Shown: in pieces, positions 53,666 through 64,000 of the stretch
Numbering within the stretch: position 1 is the stretch's first letter
Layout of the letters: each line of letters opens with the position of its first letter
From: Glaucostegus cemiculus
Taxonomy: Eukaryota
Assembly (NCBI GenBank): GCA_976551045.1
Contig: CDPCPM010000012.1
Coordinates: forward strand, 6,882,001 to 6,946,000
Length of the DNA stretch: 64,000 bases
Direction: 5' to 3'
The notes under the pieces: model-generated
Databases searched by the model: none
Told to the model about the DNA's origin: nothing
Seen by the model: the letters and a program-made list of their open reading frames with translations, nothing else
Position numbers and translations under genes: made by a program

Positions 53666-54309
53666 GCATCATTTTAAATCTTTCCCCAATCATCAAAACT
53701 GAGTTGAGACAGTGCAGGAAAATTGATGGCATATAAACTATAAGAACAGTACAATTATTGAAAACCTCAACTAGCAAGTAAACAATAACACCATTTACTA
53801 ATGGCCTACTGCAAAGTTGTACCATGAGAGACATAAATCATCGAGTTCACTTTCTAGGGCAGTTGACCACAAGTTTTAGACATTTAAATCCAACAGTATG
53901 GATTAGAAATTTCATCCCTATGTATTAATGGATTTAATAACGCACCATGATTAGTTTAACAATGTTTGTGAAAGTTACAATAAGATCGAGAGCTTCAATT
54001 GCAAGTTCACAAAGCAATGTTTTCGGCTTCCCTCTGTAACGCTGCACTGCAAATGACATTGTTGCAGGTGCAACTTTTGCACCCAATTCTTAACGGGGGT
54101 GAGATAGTGTACCCATGGGATCAGAGGGACCTATACGAGCTGGTGAAAAACTGTCCATAGGAGGCATGTTCTTTGAGTGAGTGGAAGAGACTCTTTAGGG
54201 CCACAGCCACACATTTGTGGCAGGAGCTTGACAGAAAGGTCACTTTAAGGACGAGTACAGTGCAGGATAAGCAATGCAGGCAATTGCAAACTCTTCCTGC
54301 TGCTCTAGG

Positions 54310-54410
54310 TAGATGCCGGAAATCTGAAATAAAACAGAAAATGCTAGAAACACTCAGCAGGTCAGGCAGTATCTGTGGATGGAGAAACAGTTAACATTTT
54401 GGTCCGAACC
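54310..54410 (+). repeat. Half copy of the same palindromic family
   Basis: agatgccggaaatctgaaataaaacagaaaatgctagaaacactcagcaggtcaggcagtatctgtgga...gttaacattt. Confidence 0.75.
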
Positions 54411-55699
54411 CCTTCACCTCCTCTCTTTGAGCATGGAGTTTGTGACTTTCCTAATCCAGTAATGAGCAGTAAACCTTGAGATGCAACAGCATCAGCAGCA
54501 GCTGCATGAAAAAATCCTGAAGTTGAGAGTGACCATGATTTTGAATTCCATGAACAAAGCATTCCAGGCACATGTTTAAGGCTGTATTAGGTTGCTGGAG
54601 GTCAAGGATCTCAGTGAGGACAAAAAATACAGTTTAAATTTCCAGTCTACTCTAATTCAAGCTAATTTTTGTGACTTTTTTTTAATGTATTCTCCCAACA
54701 TATATCTAGGCCCACTGCCTGTAAGTTCATCTTTTTTAAGTTGTGAAGCATTAGTGCCCAATCAAGTGACTTTGGGAACTTGGGAGAAAAACACAGTAAC
54801 AAAAAATCATCAGGTAGTTTTCACCCTTATTCATGTGGTAAAACTCTATCTGGACAGTTCCCAATAATAGCTGCCAGGTCACTGCTGCAATGAACTATGG
54901 AATGCCATCAGATCCTTAAAACATACTCTCTCTGTGACGACCACAAAGCACTTATGGAAAAAGCTTCATGGAGGTGGGGGGAAACATCAGGGAGGTCTGG
55001 AAAGAGGGGAATACTTAACACCTATCAGTCACCACCACCTCCAGCACCCCATCATCATGTACACTGATCTGATTCTCATGCTGCTCAAGGCTCCTCATCA
55101 TTGCAAGGTAAGAGCTCATCAATCTGACAGATCGCAGTACTGATTTCTGCTGTGAATTCTTTTGAAAGATAGGAATAAATAGTGGTAACCAGTAATGCAG
55201 TATCAAAAACGATGAGCAATAAAAACTGAAGTGAGAGATGCTGAGAGCAATCAATCAATGGAACAATAGGGACCTTTAATTGGCATCTCTTTGCCAATCT
55301 GCTAGAGGTTTTCTCCTTGTTTTACTGAGTGTGAAAAGTGCAAGCTATATGTTGTCCCCATAAAATCCCATCAGTAATTGCAGAAATAATCATTAAACAA
55401 AGGATGTTTGATGCCAAGAGAACTTCATTTGGACTATCATGGATCACATGGACTATCATGGTTCACAAACAGAAGTATCTGGTCCAACTTCTTGATGTGC
55501 AGAATTTCAAATTCTGTTCCCAGATAAACAGATATTGGAGGTTGGGGGAAGTGGAGCAGGTTCAATATTGCAAACGGACATTTTTTTTGTTGAAGTAAGT
55601 ATAATCAGTTAAAAATACTCAACATTAATGTACAAGATACACAAAGATTGTTAATGTTTTTAAATGCCAAGATGTTAATTAATTAATCTATTGTCGTTC

Positions 55700-56185
55700 A
55701 TAGATGATCCTAACTAGTTGCAGGTTTTACAAATGTCTCCTTCCACTAATGGGTGTATGGTAGCTTGTGAGGTAGCCCTCTTGCCATCACTTATGCAAGT
55801 CCCCCAGGTACACCTGATGCATAGCTTGGACGTGGACGAGAAATCTCCTGGAATTGGTACATTTCTTCAAGGAAGATGCAAGTACATCCTTAAATATTTT
55901 TCTCCACCTGCCTAGTTTTCTCTTGTAATACAGTGTCTATTTTAAGAGCCTGGTGTGTTTTCAGTGTATGAATGACATAGCCTCCCCAATTAGCCATATT
56001 ATAACCAGGGCTTCAATATGGTCTTGGCCTAGCAAAACATACTGAAATTGGTTTCCTTGTCTTTCCAGTGATTTTAGAGGATTTTGTGGAGATAGTATTG
56101 ATAATTTTTTCCCAGTTCCTTTGCAATATCTACTAAAGGTAGACCAGGTCTCAGAAGAACACAGGAGAGCAGCCATTACCATTGT
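55700..56185 (-). mobile_element. Degenerate RTE LINE fragment
   Basis: VMAALLCSSETWSTFSR...IEALVI is homologous to the plus-strand RTE at 42340-42530. Confidence 0.6.
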
Positions 56186-58806
56186 AAATCCTTAAGGGAT
56201 TTCATACACGATGTAGAAATTTATTTATTCAGAAAAAATCTGCAGTGGTGAGATTCTTCCAATTTAAATTATATTTATTATTATTATAACCTTACATTGA
56301 GTGGCATAATCACACAGAAGACTCAGGAACTCAAATCATACAGATGTGAACTACAACCTTTCCCCAGTCAAACTAACCAATGAACAAAGGCTGTTAACAT
56401 TAAATGCTTCAAAAAGAATAATAAATCTACACCTTCAGTGAAACACAGAAAGCTGAGATGTGATGGTAATTTTTACATTTTCACAGATCGACTATAATTC
56501 AAAAGAGAAAATCCACAAAACAACAACTACATTGTTAGGGTAGCAACACCAATCTGATTCTAGTACTTCACATTCCAGTTAACTTTTTTTGATATGCAAA
56601 ACATTTCTTAAAATCCTTAACCTTTGTTGAAGTATTTTAACTGCAAATATGTATGGTGCATTTATAAAGAAATTCCACACCTATACAGCCAATCTGAAGT
56701 GTCGAGGATATGCTCTATACTATATTTGCGAGGATCCATTACGAATACATAATCACAGCCCAAATTCTGCTTTATACAAGCAAGCAATGGAACTGGTTGA
56801 TGCTGACAATATTGTTTAAAATAAATTCTCTTTTCAAAACGAAATCAGCTTCATCCAAATATTGGTTACAAAACCCATATGGATGACAGCAATATCACTG
56901 TCTTGCTACTTCAGCTAGTCTTCTTGACTGGGCATAATGCCAATAAGGGTAGACCGCCCCTCATTGTCACTTCTATAGTGTGGCATTTGCACCAACTGCT
57001 GTTATTCTGGGCTTCAGGAAATATTCTAACCACTGGATGGGCTCCAGTGCTGTGCAGTAATGAGTTGCAGATTTGAGCACTTTGGTGTGCATATGCAGGG
57101 ACAATGCTATGGTGTGTACAGCACAGTAGTTCAAATGCTGCTTCCACAAACTAAAGGAAAAAGACCTTGGCTCACAACACAAAAAGCTTCAGACTTTGAA
57201 GAAAGGTAAGTATTCATCTCCCACCATGATCCATATTCAGCCAGCTGAAAGAGAGAAAACACGGCACTATTTGACCTTAGTAGGAAACCCTCTAACCCAC
57301 ACAATTATTTAGTTTAAGTCATTATTAGGATGTGAGTTATGCTTTTTATAACATGTGGATTTCTATTCAGAAAAGAAAAACTAAGCAACTGCAATATTAT
57401 AAGACTCTGTTTTGAGTTCAGCCTACTTCTTAAGCCTGCTAATATTATACAGGAAATAATGAGCACTATTTGCAAAGATCACGTCATAATGTTTTCATTG
57501 TCCCTTGTACATATTTTTATAATACTAAGACATCAGACAAATTTCACCCAGTAAGAAAATTACATGAATGGAGGGCACTTTGAACAGAGAACAGTTGGTT
57601 GTTCTGACAATTCTCATGTACACTAATCCAAGACATTAAATTTAGTTCCACATCCTGCTACACAGTTTGGTTTGATAGCTTTTTTTTCACACAAATGAAA
57701 AAACCTCAGAGTACATAGTTCTTGCATTACCTCATGCCTACATGCAATATGTTGACTTCACTTGTTTAAACTACACATTAAGAAGTTCATTGTGGAACCA
57801 TGTGGACATAACATCTTCAACACAGCTGCACATCACATAAACCGCAATAGGTGGCAGCAGTCTTCCCATGATTCCAAACAGAGCAGAATATTATTTCCAC
57901 AATTTTAATGCCCCTGCTTGTGGCAGTGTTACAAAATAAAACTATATTTTTCCACAGTATTAGTGGACTATCAGCAAGGGTCCAGCGCTGTAGTTCCTAA
58001 TTACCTTCTTCTTCACTCTTGATCCTGTGGCTCTCATAATTAGTTACCTGGGGCTGCAATCCAATTTGAAGTGATGACAAGAAAGTGATCCATGAAAAGT
58101 AATAAGTTAAATCCAATTTCAGTCTGCCTCTAATTAAATGCACATGGAACTAATGACTCAACCCTACCATTTCAGTGATAATGTTAATTAGCTAGGTGGG
58201 AGTCTCTTTTGCAGTATTCTATGTGTAAACCAAGTAATAGGGGGAAGGGATGTCCATAATTACACGTGACATTTTTTGGAAAATTGTCAGCAATTTGCAC
58301 GTTTATGATTAGTCAAATATACTTAGTTTGTCTTTTGTACCTCCTTAAAAAAAACTGTTGTGCGCTGTACATCAGTTTGAAGAATTGATTTGCACTCCAG
58401 GCTATGTTTTGCATTCTAATACAAGAAGCTAATAATATCTTTTACAATATCTGCATCACATAACCCACAAACACAGAATTTAAATTCATTCTGTAAGCCC
58501 AATTTAACTGAAAACTAATGATGGCACAGGCAAAGTAGTACTTTAGTCACTTAAAGCAAAAGAGAGCAACAGCCAGATGGGCCTAAACTGGATCAACACT
58601 CAGACCATTTTACAACAATTTACTTAATTCATGCCCCAGAATCAATTCTCCTACATTTTGCAGCAATTACCATCTTTGCTAGTTTAAGGTCTATGAAGTT
58701 TTTACAAGACAACAGAAAAGCAATTTCTACACGTCAGGTAAGCTTCAGTACACAGAAATAAATTCAGTGGGTCTAATACCCCAACAATCTATGTGAGTGT
58801 GTGCTG

Positions 58807-58847
58807 ACACATGCACGCACACATAGACATAGACACACACACACACT
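58807..58847. repeat. Imperfect (AC)n microsatellite
   Basis: acacatgcacgcacacatagacatagacacacacacacac. Confidence 0.8.
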
Positions 58848-59469
58848 TGCATGCACTTAAAAGAATACAATTGTCTTAGCCAGTCATATTTGAGAGGAAA
58901 GTGGTGGATTGAAGAGGTGTCCAAGTAGAATTTTAATTGTCAATCAAATGATAATGGCAAAAATGACCTAATTACTCCCATGAAAGTCACTTATTTTAGT
59001 TGGTGAGTCAGTGAAGTCGGACAACGGTCAGCAATGCGAGCATCTTATAATAGTCAGCTGAGTTACTCAGCTGATCATGAACTGCTTCAATATTAAGCCT
59101 ACATCTGCAGTGACTCTGGAGCTTGAATCCTTCAAATTAAAAACATGAAATCACCAGAAAATCCTTCCCCAACGTGTTTTAATCATTATCAGATGTTTAA
59201 AGATCATTTATTTTGAAACTACTTCATCTAAAGTTAGTCTTCAAAGAAGGTGCATTGAAGAGTTAATCCAGTGAGAATTTTAAATAGATCCTAGGCAGAA
59301 TTGCTGTTCAACACTAAATTATTTGATCTCATCAATTCAACAATTAGTTTGGGGTGGAGGTGTGGGAAGAACAGGATAAGGCTACCATTGGCCACTAAGC
59401 TCTTGGGTTATTAATCAGAAAGTTAGCCAATTCCATGACTCATACACAAATGCTCTGTCTTAGGATGTT

Positions 59470-59797
59470 ACTGGAGGACAGGGCATTCATCCATCTATTG
59501 GACGAGACATTAAACTGAAACCCTGTCTGTTCTCAAACATAACATGACACCATTTCGAAGAAGAGCATGGGAATTAGCCCTGGTGTTCTGGCCAATATTT
59601 ATCTCTCAACCAACATCACAGAAACAGTCATAAGAAAATGATCATGTTGCTATTTCTGGAAGACTGCTGTGCATAAAGTGGCAGCTGCATTTCCTATATA
59701 ACAACAGTAACCACCCTTTAAGGTACTTTATTGGTTGTAAAGTGCTTTGGGATGTCCTGTAAGGGACATGAAAGGCAATATACAAACACAAGTCTTT
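59470..59797 (+). mobile_element. SacSINE1/Deu-domain SINE (core and tail)
   Basis: gagacattaaac...ttcgaagaagagca...ggtgttctggccaatatttatc...caacagtaacc...ttggttgtaaagtgctttgggatgtcctg...gaaaggcaatatacaaacacaagtctttc. Confidence 0.85.
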
Positions 59798-60621
59798 CAG
59801 TGTTTAGGACTGGAGTTCAGAGAGGCACACCATACTAAATTGATAATAAATTTTCAGCAAAAATCTCATAACTATCATTTTTTTGTTTCTTATACTTTTA
59901 GTTTGAAATTGTCCTTACTCATACAAATCTTCCTCTGCTATAAACATTTCGCAATCCTAGTTCAATGCAACTAAATTTAAAACTGTTTAAGGAAATGCAG
60001 AAGCTTATTTCTCTCATGTACAGTTTTACTGTGTCATTAAAAAAGGCAACAATGCACATTACTGAATTATATTTAATATAACATCAATGAGAACAACAGA
60101 ACACAGACAGAAGATATCATTCATTAAATAGAGGGTGTATAGATTTAAATATAAATGTTAAATATCCAAGTTAGCATCACAATGATGGAAAGGTGCACTT
60201 AATTCAAATGACTTAATGATGACATTCAGTTTGATCATCAAGCTTTCATAAGAATCAACAGTTACCTTAAAAAAAAATCTTCCACTTGGTGGCTATTGTC
60301 GATCTTTGTAACAAAAATTGCTAGCTTGGGTATAAAAAGTGATTAGTTTTGGTCCTTTCAAATTATTTGAATCCTCACCAACATACTGAGAGAAATTATT
60401 TTTCATTTTCCTTGGGAATTTTCAAAAACATTAGCACAACAAAGCACTTCTTTGGTGCCTAATGTCCAGCCTATTAGACGATAGCACATTAAGTGATGAC
60501 TATATTGTCATTCCATTAAATATGGCACATGACAGTTAGGTCAAGTTGTACATGGTTTCTATCCAAAAAAGAACTAGGTACACACATTATGTATCATCCA
60601 TATATAAAAGAATACACTTAC

Positions 60622-60711
60622 CTGTAGGGTTGGTTGCTTGTCATTTCCCTTGGGAGACTTCAACCCACTAGCTTGTTGCTGTAGCAGAAGCTGCCGTGCA
60701 ACTTGAAGAGC
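60622..60711 (-). CDS. FOXP1: FOXP1 internal coding exon (90 nt, phase 0/0): [30 protein letters not shown]
   Basis: Minus strand reads tttatgtag|GCT CTT CAA GTT GCA CGG...ACC CTA CAG|gtaagtg, with a canonical acceptor and donor. ALQVARQ and NDKQPxLQ match FOXP1 (ALQVARQ...KRNDKQPALQ) better than FOXP2 (ALQAARQ...SSDKQRPLQ) or FOXP4. Confidence 0.9.
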
Positions 60712-62039
60712 CTACATAAAAAAAGAATAACATTCACCTTTTAACCATAAATACACCCAATGGGACAGTTTACTACTCCATAATACAAAGAAGAATAATA
60801 GCAAATAGTGTTGCATACCATTTGTTTTACCATCAAAAACTACAAGTTAATATCCTTAAAACATTTAAACAGATAAACCAAATTTATTTCCATTGATGGC
60901 AGTGCCACGTATAATTCTGCAGCATTAAATTCTGCAAGTCTCTTTAAAGCTAACAGTGCTTTTATTGAACATAAATGTGCATCAACAAAAAAAATCTGCA
61001 TTTCAATGCCTCTTTTTCCACTAAAATTTCAGACTATATTGATGGATGGTTGTCATTTGATATGAAATTTTCAAAGGGAACAATATATTATGAAAAGCTG
61101 GCGAGCATGTTCCAGAACAGCTAAGCCAAAGAATCCCTTGTGGCTGTGAGTGGGAGAAAAATAAAATAGGACATTGCAAAATGTTCTACAAACTAAAAGA
61201 AAAACAAAAATTGTAAGAGCTATCCTTATACTATGAAAAGTTAGATTCAGATAAAATTATTGGCCAGATCATTAAAGATGTTTCCACAAATACAGTGCAC
61301 TCTGGGGTAAATCAGAAGTGAATTAAAAAATTTATGACATAATATCAAAACCAAAATCATACCCTAGATTGTTGGCTTTAAAAGAGTTCAGATGCACTAA
61401 AACATAGACTGGCTGCTGGAAATTAAAACCCAGTACAGTTGTTTTATGCCCAAGCTACTCCCTTTTCCTTCTGATAAATAATCAGAGACTGTCCAGAATA
61501 AACAAAACCAATAAGCTGGGAAATTTGATGGCCATCAGAACTATGAAGATACCAACAGAAAGCAACTCATAGTTCCCACAGTGACTTAGTTCCACACCTA
61601 CATCAGCATAACATCTGAGTAAATAAATTCAGTCACTCTTTCCATTCCCCTCCCCCATGTGATTACTCCTACTAGAAAACAGTTCAGATCAGTTTCAAAT
61701 ATCGGACCACTTTTAAGCACAAAAGACAATTTTAATGCAGTTGGATTTTATTTTGTAAATATGTTTTGTGCATGCTTTAAGATACTGCATATTCTTTGTT
61801 ACCATCTGTTATTTGACTCTATTTATCATGACTTTTTAGTTATACACTCATATACAACACAAATTGATCAAATATAAACTAATTCTTCGTAACATTTTCC
61901 TTACTCCTCAGCATGACCTAATTTACCACCAATTTAAGGTTAAATCGTAACATTTGCATCTTTCGACAACTCCCTTATTCAGCTCATCAGTATTGTTTCA
62001 TGTGACAGATTTAATTCTGGATATGACACAAACAATTAC

Positions 62040-62250
62040 AGAGAAAGTGGGGAAGTTTACCGAAAGAGCTTAGTGCCTCTAAATTTCCGTCGGCTTGCAG
62101 TTGTTCTTTGGCTGTTGCTGTAGAGCGGGGGTTGAAGAATGGTGTAAAGATGTTGAATAAACAGGAAGTGCTGTGCAGCTGAAACACACTGAAATGAAAA
62201 TATACTGGAAGGCTGCCCTTTCTGGCCAGCTAAAAAGGCCCGTTTCCACA
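62040..62250 (-). other. FOXP1: Candidate alternative internal first exon of FOXP1, apparently non-coding here
   Basis: Shifting frames give FQYIF, HSTSCLFN, HSSTPALQQQP, KPTEI and FGKL. These are collinear with the N-terminus I recall for a human FOXP1 isoform (MFQCVF...HSTSCLFK...HSATPASQKQP...KKTEI...FAKLFIFS|ALQVARQ). Candidate donors are TCT|GTAATT (exon end 62040) and TCG|GTAAAC (62061). The 5' end is approximate. Confidence 0.7.
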
Positions 62251-62760
62251 GTAGCAATACCCACATAAGCAAATGAGAAATAAACAAAAAAGTACAATAC
62301 CCATCTTGACTGTGCTCTCAAATTTATCCTTGATTCTACTCATGATAAGGCTCCCTTCTGTCAGGTGTGTGCCTCAATATAAACATCTTCCAGCATAGAA
62401 AACTGGTGCTGCTTTGCAACACTCCAAGGCAAGACAGCTTGTAAAAAGATGAGCTGCCACACAAACGTTTACAATATAACTGGAACAAAATTCCTTTAGA
62501 AATCTTAGTTCTGTTGTGGCAACTGCCTGCTGGCTCACTGGGACTGATTTGTTATTTTGCACAGTCTCAGCCTGTCTGTCATCCTGGGTGCTAATGCTCC
62601 AGTAAAATAACTCATTGGGAGCTGTCATGGGGATGTTTACACAAGACTATTCCTTTCTTCATACAAGGAAATTTTTTTCTGGAACTCATCTTCTTTTGAT
62701 CTCACATTCAAAGCAACACCACCGTGATAGACATACAAGTCTTAAAGCAAATCCAGACAC
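62250..62760 (-). promoter_or_regulatory. Putative internal promoter/enhancer upstream of the alternative first exon
   Basis: TE-free stretch immediately 5' of the candidate exon. It carries several forkhead-type sites (ATAAACA ~62280 and ~62379; TGTTTAC ~62634) and a GATA site (TGATAA ~62343). Confidence 0.4.
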
Positions 62761-63089
62761 CAGAGATAAACTACCAAAGGCTGACAGACAGCAGCAACTA
62801 AAGCTCACAAATGTGGGTAACAGCATGTTGTCTGAGTATGTATTATGACAAACCCAAGACGTATATTAGGTGGAGTTGACTGTTCGTATATTAATGTTCA
62901 GAAAGGCAGGATCATATGACCAATATGCTGCTTAGAAAAGCACAGGGAGCATAAGTCATAGTGACTATATCACAATATTAGAAGTTTTTACTGTTTTAAA
63001 CTGATAATCTACAAAAACTGGATTCTGAAAATACTAAAGAGAGGTTGCAGTGCACATGTGCCAAAATGTAAATATTAGAGACAACTAAA

Positions 63090-64000
63090 AACATAAGAAA
63101 TAGAATCAGGAGTGGACCATTTGGCCCCTCAATCCTGATCTCCCCATTCAATGAATTTGTTACTGATCCTTTACCTCAGCACCACTTTTGCGTACTAACC
63201 CCTTATCACTTGATTCCACTAATATCTAAAAATCCACCTCAACCTCTATCTTGAATATACTCAACAACTGGGTCCTCTGGGATACAGAATTCCAAAAATT
63301 CTCTGCCCTCTGGGTGAAGAAATGTTTGTCTGAGTCACCAAACCCTTCTGCTGAGCCAGTGACTTCCAATTCTAAAGGCATCCAGTCAGGCAAAGCATTA
63401 TTCCTGCATCTATCCTGTCAAGCCCTGCAAGAATTTTACACATTTCAATGAGATCACCTCTCATATTTCTAAACTAAAGAGAGAATAGGGAGTGGTCTGC
63501 TTAATCTCTCTTCATGGAGCAAACACCCCAGCCCAGGAATCTGGTGAACCCTCCTTGCAGTTCTTCAACTGCATGCTCTCCCTCATCAGATAGACCAGAC
63601 CAGACCTTAATATAATATTCCAGTTGTAGCCCAGTACTCAAATCCAACATATAATTTACTTTTCTAATTGCTTGCTGAAGCTGCATGTTAACTTTCAGTG
63701 ATTTGTGTACAAGAATACAAAGTGTGCTGTTTTGCGCTCATCACTATTTATTGTTCTGTTTATTGTTACTTCATTTACTGTTTACTCTGTGAGCTTCACA
63801 AGAGCAAAGAATTTCATTGCGCCTGATGTATATGACAATGTAATCTGAATCAAAGTCCCTCTGAATATCAACATCTTTGTCTTTCATTATTTAAATAACC
63901 CTACTATTCATAGCCTTCCAAGTCAAAGACAACCTCATCCATTCTTCTGTTTTCTGCCTGTTAACCAATCTTCAATCTCAAAGTTTTCCCTGATCACTAG
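63090..64000 (-). mobile_element. Old CR1 3' region
   Basis: acataagaaatagaatcaggagtggaccatttggcccctc tail. ORF 63501-63686 reads QLEYYIKVWS...LQGGFTR. Confidence 0.8.
63724..63850 (+). mobile_element. Short Rex-type LINE 3' tail inserted in the CR1, with 6-bp TSD
   Basis: CAAAGT at 63718-63723 and 63851-63856. Tail is gaatttcattgc...tgtatatgacaat..aatctgaat. Confidence 0.65.

Larger units (their letters stand above)
6545..60621 (-). other. FOXP1: FOXP1 intron (54,077 bp, GT-AG, phase 0)
   Basis: GT at 60621-60620 and AG at 6546-6545 join two FOXP exons that are consecutive in other vertebrates. Confidence 0.85.

Noticed and set aside
52920-55100. Possible second Harbinger transposase on minus (EQVGQVVVC-like patch at ~52960)
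   Set aside because: Only one weak patch, with no IDCTH or KGFHS motifs found.
55430-55462. Short duplication of TGGACTATCATGG
   Set aside because: A simple local slippage duplication with no array structure; not CRISPR-like.

Overview
This is eukaryotic, AT-rich vertebrate genomic DNA. The repeat set (V/HE1-type SINEs, SacSINE1/Deu-type SINEs, CR1, Rex-Babar, RTE, Harbinger) points to a cartilaginous fish, probably a batoid. The window lies inside a minus-strand FOXP-family gene, best matched to FOXP1. Two coding exons are present (60622-60711, ALQVARQ...PTLQ; 6407-6544, VPVSVAMM...MLQQ), separated by a 54,077-bp phase-0 intron. The ORF track does not show either exon in its coding frame. 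About 1.3 kb upstream of the first exon, 62040-62250 resembles, from my recall, the alternative internal first exon of human FOXP1, but here it has no matching ATG and is frameshifted. The intron holds a second candidate internal promoter/exon (~21.7-22.2 kb), several TE-free, motif-dense candidate enhancers, a fossil two-gene Harbinger transposon, a 5'-inverted RTE, a head-to-head pair of young CR1 copies and multi-level TE nests. Most listed ORFs are TE fragments or noise. No prokaryotic-type system is present. All homology calls come from motif recognition, not database searches.
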